Shown here: positions 31,394 to 41,018 of the stretch, piece after piece
Layout of the letters: each line of letters starts with the position of its first letter
Position numbering within the stretch: the first letter of the stretch is position 1
DNA from: an uncultured Nitrospiraceae bacterium
GTDB taxonomy: Bacteria; Nitrospirota; Nitrospiria; Nitrospirales; Nitrospiraceae
Direction of reading: 5' to 3'
NCBI GenBank assembly: GCA_963730935.1
Contig: CAVSTP010000002.1
Span: 864,001-928,000, forward strand
Length of the DNA: 64,000 bases
The notes under the pieces: generated by a model
Told to the model about the DNA's origin: nothing
Seen by the model: the letters and a program-made list of their open reading frames with translations, nothing else
Database searches by the model: none
Made by a program: the position numbers and the translations under genes

Positions 31394-31513
31394 GAATCAG
31401 CGAAATCCCTAGCCTTCGGCTCTTCTAACTGACGCCGGGGCCTTGGTTCCATGACTGGAGCAACTTGAAACCATCGTTCTAAAGATCCATCCCACTCCAC
31501 ACACACCTGCCGA

Positions 31514-31565
31514 CGGCCTCCTGGAAGGCCTGACCGCCGTCACCTGTGGGAAAGGCGGTCGTCCA
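31514..31565 (+). promoter_or_regulatory. Conserved two-hairpin leader that sequesters the SD-like sequence
   Basis: Stems GGCCT/AGGCC and GACCGCC/GGCGGTC. Confidence 0.6.
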
Positions 31566-31742
31566 ATGGTTGCTACCTCTCTATCTTTTCGCAAAGAAGT
31601 TCTGGACTACCTCTGTACTAGCGACCAACTTTTGGCAGCATTGGGTACAACCAGCGCTTCGCGGTTCTCGAAGGAAGAACTGGAACTGCTTGAGTATTCC
31701 GTGGCTGAACTCCAAAAGGTACTCGTCGTCTGCAAGCAGTAA
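31566..31742 (+). CDS. 58-aa helical microprotein (family A; below ORF-track cutoff)
   Basis: MVATSLSFRKEVLDYLCTSDQLLAALGTTSASRFSKEELELLEYSVAELQKVLVVCKQ. Confidence 0.7.
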   Translation: MVATSLSFRKEVLDYLCTSDQLLAALGTTSASRFSKEELELLEYSVAELQKVLVVCKQ

Positions 31743-31792
31743 GCATCCATCTCCTTTCCTCAACCTCTGTTGCCACTCGTGACAGGTGTTCT

Positions 31793-33082
31793 ATGTCTGA
31801 GCATCGCCTGCTGATCCCGCAAGGCGCTCCCGGATGGCAATTGCTAAAGACGCGCGATTTCGGTCTGTTGTTCTGGGGTCAGATGACTTCGCAGATCGGA
31901 GACAGTTTAAACCGGGTGGCCCTATTATGGTTCGTCTATCAAATGACCGGCTCGGCCATGAAAATGGTCATGATCGGACTTCTGCAAACGATCCCTCCAT
32001 TGATCCTGGGGCCTGTCGTCGGAGTTTACCTGGATCGCGTGAACAAGAGATCCGTGATGATCGGGGTCGATATGGCACGCACGCTGCTGGTCCTGCTCAT
32101 TCCGCTCCTCTACGCGTGCAATGAATTGACGCTTGAGCGGTTGTATGTGGCGGTCTTTCTGTTGGCAGTGGTGTCCACTATCTTCGGACCGGCCCTGTCA
32201 TCGGCCGTGCCCCAGATTGTGCGCCGGGATCAACTCACTGCAGCCAATGCCTTGCTGCAGACGACCACCAACATCGGCCTCCTTGTCGGCCCTCTCGTCG
32301 GCGGTATCGGTATCGCACTCGTCGGCTCGCAAAATGTCTTGTATGCCGATGCGGCGACTTTTTTCGTGTCAGCCCTCTGTCTAATGGGGGTTCGCGTCCG
32401 CATTCCTGAGGTCTCCCCGCATGACCAGACGTTTCGGGGTACCTGGGGGCAGGAATTGATGGCCGGGGTCCGATTCGTCTGTTTCACGCAGACGGTGTTG
32501 GTCCTCCTGTTGGCGGCCGCCCTCTATAGCCTGGGGATCGGCGCCTTCGCCTTTATGCTACCAATGTTTGCCGAACAGAATTTGGGCGCCGGAGCTGTGG
32601 AGATGGGGGTGCTCTGGTCCGCCTTAGGCGCCGGGATGCTGGCCACTTCAATCTGGTTGGCCTCACTGGCCCAAGGCGATCTGGCCGGACGCTTTACGCT
32701 GATCTGTCGTTCGATGGTCGTAGGTGGAGTGGCGATGTGTGGCCTCAGTCTGCTCACGGCTCCGCTGATCGCCGGAGCCGTAATCTTGATCATCGGCGGC
32801 AGCACCGCCCTGTTCATGCCGATTGTCTGGGGTGTCCTTCAAGAAGTGACCCCGGCGCCGCTGATGGGGCGTGTGTTCACGACGTTCAGCACCGGTTCGA
32901 TGGCCGCCGGGATGGCCGGCATGGCCGGATTCGGCTGGGCCGCCGATACGATGGGACCTCATGTCAGTCTACTCGGAATCGGTGTGGCCCTGCTCGGTAC
33001 AGCTTGCGTGGCCGCCCTGTGCAGCCGCCAGTTTCGCCGAATTGCCGAACGGTATCGCGCGCCGGTTGTGCCGGGTTCATAG
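31793..33082 (+). CDS. MFS transporter (DHA3/MefA-like)
   Basis: About 12 TM helices; GVYLDRVNKRSVM motif A; LQEVTPAPLMGRV. Confidence 0.9.
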   Translation: MSEHRLLIPQGAPGWQLLKTRDFGLLFWGQMTSQIGDSLNRVALLWFVYQMTGSAMKMVMIGLLQTIPPLILGPVVGVYLDRVNKRSVMIGVDMARTLLVLLIPLLYACNELTLERLYVAVFLLAVVSTIFGPALSSAVPQIVRRDQLTAANALLQTTTNIGLLVGPLVGGIGIALVGSQNVLYADAATFFVSALCLMGVRVRIPEVSPHDQTFRGTWGQELMAGVRFVCFTQTVLVLLLAAALYSLGIGAFAFMLPMFAEQNLGAGAVEMGVLWSALGAGMLATSIWLASLAQGDLAGRFTLICRSMVVGGVAMCGLSLLTAPLIAGAVILIIGGSTALFMPIVWGVLQEVTPAPLMGRVFTTFSTGSMAAGMAGMAGFGWAADTMGPHVSLLGIGVALLGTACVAALCSRQFRRIAERYRAPVVPGS

Positions 33083-33190
33083 TTCTTTGCGGGGAGCATC
33101 CGTGACGTGAAGCCCGGGAGGGTCATCACACATGGGGCCTATGATGAACTCCCTCACCCCTGAGCCCCACATCCCAAGGAGGGAAGAGCA

Positions 33191-33481
33191 ATGAGCATCC
33201 ATCTATTCATAAGACGCCTCGTCATCTTCACATCGTTGGTGCTGATCTGTGGGCTCCCTGCGCTGGCTACGCAGGCGGCGGATCAACCTTCGGGAGGGTC
33301 CCCTCCTGTTGTTTTGACGGGAGAGCCTGCCATGGTGGAGGCGGGTGTCGCGGACACTCTGAAGGCCTGCCTCGCCAGAATTCCTAAGGGTGGTAGTGCC
33401 GGTCAGCGCATGCTGGCTAAACAAAGCTGCAAACAGGACGAGGGGACTCGGAAAGCGAGCCAAGACGCACCCAAGTTCTGA
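33191..33481 (+). CDS. Small exported protein with a Cys pair
   Basis: Signal peptide; ACLARIP...QSC; SD AAGGAGG. Confidence 0.65.
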   Translation: MSIHLFIRRLVIFTSLVLICGLPALATQAADQPSGGSPPVVLTGEPAMVEAGVADTLKACLARIPKGGSAGQRMLAKQSCKQDEGTRKASQDAPKF

Positions 33482-33781
33482 ACGCCCGTCTCGCCGAAAC
33501 CGGAGCGAGGTTGGAGCGTAGGCCTAGACACAGGTCGAAATCTCAAGAAAGGAGAGGACTTTCTCGCGATGGAAGCGAGGCCTTTTTGGCAACTAGGATG
33601 AGCACAAAAAATCATATGTGCAGATTTACAGCAAGGAACCGGCCTCGAACCGGTAGGGATTCTCTGACTTTGGTAAATTTCCGACCGCTGGGATAGGTCG
33701 GTCGGCAGCCCCTTTCATTCAGGGATCTGCTGATCGAGCCATTCCGGCTGTCGTGTTCTCTTACATTCACCGTAGGTTGAA

Positions 33782-34336
33782 ATGAATTCCACGAGAGTGC
33801 GCCATTCCGTATGTGTATGTATTGTGTTGGGAGGAGGCCTGCTGTGCAGCTGTGCCCTTACTGAGCGAGTCATGCCCCTCACGATGTCCCACGGCAACGT
33901 GGTGGCAGTCCTGAACACCATCGACCAGATCGAAGCTGAGGCCGGCGAACTGGGGCAAGAGAAGGGAACATCACTAAACGTCCGTTCTTTTGCCTCCCGT
34001 CTCGCTCATGAACATAGGACTTCGATCGTCGACAGGCAGCATCTCGCCGAAAAAATCAATGTACAGCCCAACAAACCGTCACTGGCATCGGCGCTGGAGG
34101 AGATGCAAGTAGAGTCCAAGCGTCTGCTCGAAAAGAAGTCCGGCCGTGACTTTGACGAAGCGTATATCCAGCAACAGATCAGCATTCATCAGCAGATGGT
34201 CGGACTCATCCAGGATACAGAGGACTCAATGGACGACCCAGCGTTACGCCAGCATCTCCGATATATCCGTCCGGACCTGCTCAGTCATTTGTCTGCCGCT
34301 CAAGCCATCGACCGCCAGTTGTCGGCTCAACGGTGA
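33782..34336 (+). CDS. DUF4142-family (ferritin-like) lipoprotein
   Basis: VRSFASRLAHEH, SGRDFDEAYIQQQISIH. Confidence 0.8.
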   Translation: MNSTRVRHSVCVCIVLGGGLLCSCALTERVMPLTMSHGNVVAVLNTIDQIEAEAGELGQEKGTSLNVRSFASRLAHEHRTSIVDRQHLAEKINVQPNKPSLASALEEMQVESKRLLEKKSGRDFDEAYIQQQISIHQQMVGLIQDTEDSMDDPALRQHLRYIRPDLLSHLSAAQAIDRQLSAQR

Positions 34337-34493
34337 GCCAGCAAATCCTGCACTCTGAGGCTTGATAACATCTGTCAAATCTGCGGTTCTTTCAACCTCC
34401 GGTCTGCCTTAACCCCACAAGAAACCACAAATCAGGGTGCCCGCAACATGGTGAGAGCTGGGCCTTCTAATACGTCCTAATGATGTGAATTAG

Positions 34494-35006
34494 TTAGGTG
34501 ATATCGGCTATTGCACGGATCTCTTGCTCCGCCTGCAGCCAATCCTGAACCTCACCACCATCGTGACGGCCCCGGGCTTCATACAGCTCATATGCTCGAC
34601 GGGCAACAAACGCATCTTTATGCTGCTCGGCATGCATCTCCTGCATGCAGGTCCTGACCGCGGCTTGTAATTCCCCGAGCAGATACCGACCCTTTACGCG
34701 CGCTGGTATCGAGATGACTCTGGTAATTCCGCTCGCATAAGCCTCTTTGAGAACCGGCATCATAGAAGACCCCGATAACAGGAGGATGGTCCCGCGATAA
34801 CCATGATCGCGGAGTTCTCTCAACTCCTCAGTTCCGCTTGGATCGCTCACATAGAGGTCCAACAAAATGAGCACAGGTCTATACTCGATAAGCATTGATA
34901 ACCGTTCCTCTCGATGAGAGGGGATCGTCACTGAATAGCCGCTGGCCTGCAAGACCTCATTTAATTGTTCCCTAAGATCAGACCGATGGGTCAGCACCAT
35001 GATCAT
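34494..35006 (-). CDS. Atypical receiver domain fused to DUF2934
   Basis: ILLDL; ARRAYELYEARGRHDG...DWLQAEQEI. Confidence 0.75.
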   Translation of the reverse strand: MIMVLTHRSDLREQLNEVLQASGYSVTIPSHREERLSMLIEYRPVLILLDLYVSDPSGTEELRELRDHGYRGTILLLSGSSMMPVLKEAYASGITRVISIPARVKGRYLLGELQAAVRTCMQEMHAEQHKDAFVARRAYELYEARGRHDGGEVQDWLQAEQEIRAIADIT

Positions 35007-35212
35007 TTTGACTCTCCTCTGGACATCTCGTTGTCCCGTGTAATGCGGAAGCTAGCGTTGACTGGAAGCGCGCATGAACCGAAGCATCGAGCGGGCACTG
35101 GAACGGAAAAGATCGAACCCGACATGTGACTGACTTGCAGGGCAGTGTAAATGGGTTAAGCGATCACTGTCTCCTATCAATTGCCCTAGGGAAACAAAAT
35201 GGCTCTATGTCG

Positions 35213-35977
35213 CTAGAGCGCTGTCGGCCGTGAGTCTGCCGAGTATTTACTATGCAGTTTGACCGGGATCGCCCGCTTTCTGCGCATACGGATATTCAGC
35301 ATCTCAACTGCGACTGAAAATGCCATGGCAAAATAGATATAGCCCTTTGGCACATGCACATCGAACCCTTCCACCATAAGCGTGACTCCCACGAGGATCA
35401 GAAACGACAAGGCCAGAATTTTGATCGTTGGATGTTCATCAACGAAGCTCCCGATGGACTTCGCCGCAATCAGCATGACGACAACCGCGAGGATAATGGC
35501 GATGGCCATGACAGATACCTCCTCAACCAATCCGATCGCGGTGATCACGGAATCTAGCGAGAAGACAATGTCCAGGAGCGAGATCTGGACCATTGCCATC
35601 CCAAGACTGCTTCCTAGTACCGCAGTATCCTTTTCTCCGATTCCCTCTAGGCTGTAATGGATTTCGTGCGTGGCCTTAGCGAGGAGGAACAGCCCGCCTC
35701 CTATTAAAATCAAATCGCGTCCGGAAATCTGGTTGCCAAGCAGAGCAAACCACGGTTGAGTTAAGCCCATGATCCAGGAGATCGAAAACAATAACCCCAG
35801 ACGAGCCAGCATCGCCAAACCAAGGCCCAGTCTTCTCGCAAGAGTCCTCTGAGCTTCTGGTAGCCTACCGACCAGCACGGAAATGAAAATGATGTTGTCG
35901 ATTCCGAGGACAATTTCCAACGCTGTCAAAGTCCCCAGCGCTATCCACACCTCCGGATTCGCGAGCCAATTAAGCAT
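35213..35977 (-). CDS. TerC-family membrane protein
   Basis: LEIVLGIDNIIFI, DIVFSLDSVITA. Confidence 0.93.
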   Translation of the reverse strand: MLNWLANPEVWIALGTLTALEIVLGIDNIIFISVLVGRLPEAQRTLARRLGLGLAMLARLGLLFSISWIMGLTQPWFALLGNQISGRDLILIGGGLFLLAKATHEIHYSLEGIGEKDTAVLGSSLGMAMVQISLLDIVFSLDSVITAIGLVEEVSVMAIAIILAVVVMLIAAKSIGSFVDEHPTIKILALSFLILVGVTLMVEGFDVHVPKGYIYFAMAFSVAVEMLNIRMRRKRAIPVKLHSKYSADSRPTAL

Positions 35978-36537
35978 CGACTCCTCCTAGGTTTAGGGGC
36001 ATCCTTCAATGATTTGGTTGGGAAAGAGGACGTCGCAAAAGTTCTGAATCTCTTATTCTTCACGACGAGAATATTGCCTGCCGTAGCACAATTTAACCTA
36101 GCTGATGTTGATCCAGATTGCCAAACCAAGCCTCTCTATTACGAATCACCCATTATCAAGCTCACGGTGGATGACGCCGCGGTGGCCGTGGCTGAAGCTG
36201 AACTGGAGCAGACCGCGGCAGCGGATGCGGCGGGCGAGGAAGTCGCGGACCCGGGCACGGAATGGGTGAATTCACCTTACGTCTTTCGTTGAGTTGAGGG
36301 GGAGCTGAAGATGGGGCAGACGAAGAAGGTTCAAGAGGAGGCTGTCCCGGCTATGCAAACCGCTTTCGAGAAACTCCACTCACGGCCCATATCGGTTCGG
36401 CCCTGTTTCACTGATAGATGGCGGCATAACAAGAGCAATATTGATCAGACTACTATCCGTTTTAAAGACAGAATGGTCGACACGGTATCAAATATACTAA
36501 CGCTTGGTATCGCTTTCTCATATCGTAGGGGAAAACC

Positions 36538-36744
36538 ATGAACGTGGATCAGTTAAAGGTGGACTGGCTGGGGTTCAAAGGCGATGTCAAACAGCTATGG
36601 GACGCGTTTGATTTGTCTCAAACAGAAGAAAGCTACGAAAAAATTACCAGCATGCTTCAGGAACGGTACGATAGTAGGCGGGTCGGCTTGATCCATGAGC
36701 GGTACAGCGAGAAGAAGAAAGAACTCATAAGCTGGATCGGCTAG
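36538..36744 (+). CDS. CsbD-like small stress protein (divergent)
   Basis: MNVDQLKVDWLGFKGDVKQLW...LQERY. Confidence 0.6.
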   Translation: MNVDQLKVDWLGFKGDVKQLWDAFDLSQTEESYEKITSMLQERYDSRRVGLIHERYSEKKKELISWIG

Positions 36745-37050
36745 TGGCATCGTAAAAAAGGTTCACTTTACTAGGATCTGGTACTTTGTCGTTGCTGTAA
36801 TTCTTGTTACGCAGGCCGCAATGACTTCGACAACGCATGCTGGTGACCAGGATGGCTTTAAAGGGCTCGCCGTCAGCCTTTTGCATAGTTGTCCGCTTCC
36901 CAGAGTTGCGATCGGTGAAGATGTTGCCGCTTCTCTTTCCTCTGTTCGTGATACGCAGTAAGCATACTCTCCCTGCCCATAATTATCCTGGGCACCCTGT
37001 CCGAACCATCCCCCTTGCTCAGCAGAGACGTAGAGAGGGGTAGAGGGATT

Positions 37051-38004
37051 ATGGCGTTAGACCTTAGGTGCTCATCCTGCGATTCTGACAATATCCAGCG
37101 TCTCAGTGTACTGAGGGGTCAGGAAACCGTCGGCGGAACAATCGGCCAAGGGCAAACATCTCTGGCTGGGTCGTTAAAAGAGCCAAGTAAGCCCTGGGCT
37201 TCGACGGTTGGCTTCATCGTTGGTCTGTGTACCCTGCCGATATTTTCTGGGCTTGCTGGTGGGCCTCGAAGTTCTCTTCCTGTTCTTGCTTTCCTGCTGG
37301 TGTGGCGGGGTATTCGATACTGGATGAGCCAAGGCTATGAAATCAAGTATCAAGCGTGGAAAGACAACCTTGATGAAAACTTCATCTGCCTTCGCTGTGG
37401 GAACATCTTCAGTCCGCCTTCCGACTCCGGCGATAGGTGGAGCACCCTTGGTATCGAGAGAGACATACAATTCAGCAACAAGCGGCTTGGCTATGCCGTG
37501 ATGTTCGGGGTCGCCATTGTTGGACTCGCAGCCTATGCGGTCTATGAATCCCAGTCCAAGCCAGGTCAAATGCCCAAGCGCTCTGAACAATCGGAGCCAT
37601 CCAAGGCGACAATGGTGCCACCGGGCAATTTCCGCGGTCTCAAGTGGGGTTCATCTCCAAATGCGAGTCTAAAGAAATACTCTGGCCCAACATTCGACGG
37701 AATCACGGGGTATGTTCAGGCTACGGGTAAGACCCCATCCCCTCTATTTGAAACCCCAGTTGTAGAAGAGCTGTATTCCTTCGCCAACGGCAAATTCTAC
37801 AGCGGGGATGCGTTTTTTGACGGGCGCGACAATTTCGCAAAGGTGAAAGCGGCACTTTATCAGGCATACGGTCAGCCATCATTTGTTAACGAAAAACTAG
37901 GTATTTGGAAGTGGAAATGGCAGGGCACCAAAATCGAAGTGCATCTTTCGTATCAGACAAAATTCTCTCGAACATGGGTGACATTCCAAAACTACGCAAC
38001 CTGA
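37051..38004 (+). CDS. Hypothetical membrane protein with split Zn-ribbon
   Basis: CSSC and CLRCG flank two TM helices; third TM; FRGLKWG domain. Confidence 0.65.
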   Translation: MALDLRCSSCDSDNIQRLSVLRGQETVGGTIGQGQTSLAGSLKEPSKPWASTVGFIVGLCTLPIFSGLAGGPRSSLPVLAFLLVWRGIRYWMSQGYEIKYQAWKDNLDENFICLRCGNIFSPPSDSGDRWSTLGIERDIQFSNKRLGYAVMFGVAIVGLAAYAVYESQSKPGQMPKRSEQSEPSKATMVPPGNFRGLKWGSSPNASLKKYSGPTFDGITGYVQATGKTPSPLFETPVVEELYSFANGKFYSGDAFFDGRDNFAKVKAALYQAYGQPSFVNEKLGIWKWKWQGTKIEVHLSYQTKFSRTWVTFQNYAT

Positions 38005-38035
38005 GAACGATCGGATTGGTGGAACCTAAATCCAA

Positions 38036-38191
38036 ATGAGTGACGAACGCCCGAAACGCGAGAGTCGTTCTACTGAAGAAGAAGCTTTCCGAGCCAATAA
38101 GCTGCAATGGTTCTTCTGGCTCGTGTTCATGCTAATTGCCTTCGTGCTGTCAATGGCATGGTACCTACCCGGGTGGAGAATGCCAGGGTAA
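38036..38191 (+). CDS. 51-aa single-TM microprotein
   Basis: MSDERPK...WFFWLVFMLIAFVLSMAWYLPGW. Confidence 0.45.
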   Translation: MSDERPKRESRSTEEEAFRANKLQWFFWLVFMLIAFVLSMAWYLPGWRMPG

Positions 38192-38707
38192 CTAACCGCT
38201 GCACGGTGCATGAACGAACAATCTTCAATATTTGACGGCCTTCATTAAGTTTTGTTATTTCACGCTTTCCTCCCACTCAATGATCACAACGAAATAGCAT
38301 GCTTTTCCGTTTCGGATCTTGCACCTACTTATAACCCTCCTAGAATAGCTTTCCTCGTGAGGCCTTGATGTTTCCTGCTTGGACTCTCTCAGGTTTCGCT
38401 ACAGTCTTGAATCACATACAACCGGTCGGCAAGTCGCTCACGATTCTTTTGAAGGTAGCTTTTGAGGCACCGCCTTTCCTCACAGAGTCGGCGATTCGCT
38501 GGCAGTGTGATTAGAGAAAAAGCTGAAAAATTGTGGCGAGGATACAAGCCGCCAAGCGACTGTTCGCTTCGAATGTTCCACACCCATGAAAATTAGTGCC
38601 CACGTCCGGGGAATGCTGAACTTGTTATGGGAATGGGCAGATGATAGTGTCGTTCATGATCGCATGGCTTCTACTTGCCACTAGGAAGAACGCCGAAGAG
38701 GTGCCCC

Positions 38708-40777
38708 ATGAAGCTGACGGGACAACAGACACGAGATAAGAGCAATCCCACGCCGACAGAGCACCTCAGGTCGACCGAGACCAAGCCGGGATCCGGGAAA
38801 GAGCCGGTGAAGATACCGCCAGGCAAAACATGGTTATGGTTCACGCTGATCTTGCTTGGGAACTATATCCTGGTGAGCCTGCTCATGCCGGGACCTGAAG
38901 AGCCGGTTACAGTGCCTTATACCCTCTTCAAGGAGGAGGTTGCCAACCGCCACGTCAAGGCGATTCACAGCCAGGGCGAGACCATCACGGGTCGCTTTGC
39001 GTCGCCGGTCACGTACCCGAAGGCGGGCGATGTGCAGCCCAGCGGCGAGTCTCACACCGCGAAGGAGGGGGGTGGAGATTCTCGGGGCGCCTCCCAAACG
39101 GTGACGATCTTCACGACGACACTGCCCTCCTTCGTTGATCCGGGGTTAGAAGCGTTTCTGATCGATCACCAGGTCGAAATCAGCGCCAAACCGATCCAAG
39201 CAGGCGGCAGTCTCTGGGCGACGCTCCTTTTCAGTTTCGGTCCGGGCCTGCTGTTCATCGGCTTTTATATCTGGCTGTTCCGGCGCGCGGCGCAACAGGG
39301 CGGCGGCATTGGAGCCGGCCTTATGGGCATCGGCAAGAGCCAGGCTCGCCGCTACGACCGGGAGAAGGATACGAGGGTTACCTTCGACGATGTCGCCGGC
39401 ATCGATGAAGCCGAGAACGAGCTGGTTGAGATCGTCGATTTTCTCAGAGACACCGATAAGTACACGCGCCTGGGAGGAACCGCTCCGAAAGGCGTTCTCT
39501 TGGTTGGTGCGCCCGGTACAGGGAAGACACTGCTGGCGAAGGCGGTGGCAGGAGAGGCGGGGGTACCGTTTTTCTCGATGAGCGCCGCAGAATTTGTGGA
39601 AATGATTGTGGGCGTTGGCGCGGCGAGAGTGCGGGACCTCTTCAAGGAGGCGCGGGCGCACGCCCCTGCGATCATCTTCATCGACGAGCTGGATTCCATC
39701 GGTCGCGCGCGGGGGCGGTCGGCGTTCGGGGGCTCGAGCGAACAAGAGCAGACCTTGAATCAAATTCTGACCGAAATGGACGGTTTCTCGAGTCGGGAGG
39801 GTATTATCGTATTGGCGGCAACGAACCAGCCGGAGGTCCTGGACAAAGCGCTCCTGCGACCGGGTCGTTTCGACCGGCGGGTCGTCGTGAATCTTCCAGA
39901 CAAGACCGGGCGCGAGGCGATCCTTAAAGTTCACACCCGCACCGTGCCGCTGGCGAAGGACGCCATACTGGCGGACCTTGCCGCCATCACGCCAGGCCTT
40001 TCGGGGGCCGACCTGAAGAACTTGGTCAATGAGGCAGCGCTGCTGGCGGCTCGCCGCGAGCAGAACGACGTCCGTCACAAGGACTTCCTCGACGCGCTGG
40101 AGAAGATCGTGCTCGGGCCGGAGCGTCCGATTCTCATGAGCCGTGCCGACAAGGAACGCATCGCCTACCACGAGGGTGGACATGCCATTCTCGGTCTCGT
40201 GGTGCCCGGCGCCGATCCGGTGAACCGGGTGACGATCGTGCCGCGAGGGCAGGCCCTCGGCGTGACCTATCAGCGTCCCGATAGCGATCGCTACAACTAT
40301 CCGGAAGCCTATCTCCGCGCGAGAATCGTCGGGATGTTGGGAGGCCGGGCGGCCGAGGAGATCGTCTACGGCACTAAGACGACCGGAGCCGAAAACGACA
40401 TCGAGCAAGCCACCGGCTTGGCTCGGCGTATGGTTACTCGCTGGGGCATGAGCGAGCGGATTGGACTCGTTCAGCTGGCGCCCAAGGAGAACTCCTACCT
40501 GGGCTCGGATGGTTTTCCAGGAGAGAAGCCGTTCAGCGAGGAGACGGCGAAAGCCATCGACGCCGAGGTGCTCAAGATCATCGGCGAGAGCCACGATGAG
40601 GCCAAGCGACTCCTGACCGCACACCGTAAGCAACTCGATGCGCTCGCCGAAGCCCTATTGTCGCGGGAGACGCTTAACGAGCTGGAGATCCTCGAGGTTA
40701 CGGGGCTTCCTCCAGCGCCGGCTTTACAGACGACGATGCTGGACCTTCCTGGCGCGATCAAGAAGAGCGCCGCCTAA
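38708..40777 (+). CDS. ftsH: ATP-dependent zinc metalloprotease FtsH
   Basis: 2 TM helices, [27 protein letters not shown]. Confidence 0.96.
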   Translation: MKLTGQQTRDKSNPTPTEHLRSTETKPGSGKEPVKIPPGKTWLWFTLILLGNYILVSLLMPGPEEPVTVPYTLFKEEVANRHVKAIHSQGETITGRFASPVTYPKAGDVQPSGESHTAKEGGGDSRGASQTVTIFTTTLPSFVDPGLEAFLIDHQVEISAKPIQAGGSLWATLLFSFGPGLLFIGFYIWLFRRAAQQGGGIGAGLMGIGKSQARRYDREKDTRVTFDDVAGIDEAENELVEIVDFLRDTDKYTRLGGTAPKGVLLVGAPGTGKTLLAKAVAGEAGVPFFSMSAAEFVEMIVGVGAARVRDLFKEARAHAPAIIFIDELDSIGRARGRSAFGGSSEQEQTLNQILTEMDGFSSREGIIVLAATNQPEVLDKALLRPGRFDRRVVVNLPDKTGREAILKVHTRTVPLAKDAILADLAAITPGLSGADLKNLVNEAALLAARREQNDVRHKDFLDALEKIVLGPERPILMSRADKERIAYHEGGHAILGLVVPGADPVNRVTIVPRGQALGVTYQRPDSDRYNYPEAYLRARIVGMLGGRAAEEIVYGTKTTGAENDIEQATGLARRMVTRWGMSERIGLVQLAPKENSYLGSDGFPGEKPFSEETAKAIDAEVLKIIGESHDEAKRLLTAHRKQLDALAEALLSRETLNELEILEVTGLPPAPALQTTMLDLPGAIKKSAA

Positions 40778-41018
40778 GGCGTGACCTGCGATAGTGACCT
40801 GAGGCGTGCACATGCCTGTCCTACGGCTTCGTGCCTGGAGAATCCCCACAACATCTTTCTGCCAGAGTGCGATTCGCCGCCCGCGTTCGAGACGCAGTTA
40901 CGGCGGGCCCACCTCTGAGCCGTTGTTTAAGTCCTAAACAGCGGTCTCCTGTAGACTTCTATGAATGCCTCTTGTTTTCCTATCCCCGAATATGTTGCTT
41001 CTTGCCGGGGGGAAGCCA

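Noticed and set aside
39146..40633. 495-aa minus-strand ORF
   Set aside because: Antisense shadow of ftsH; 3910..4803 is the same kind of shadow over leuS
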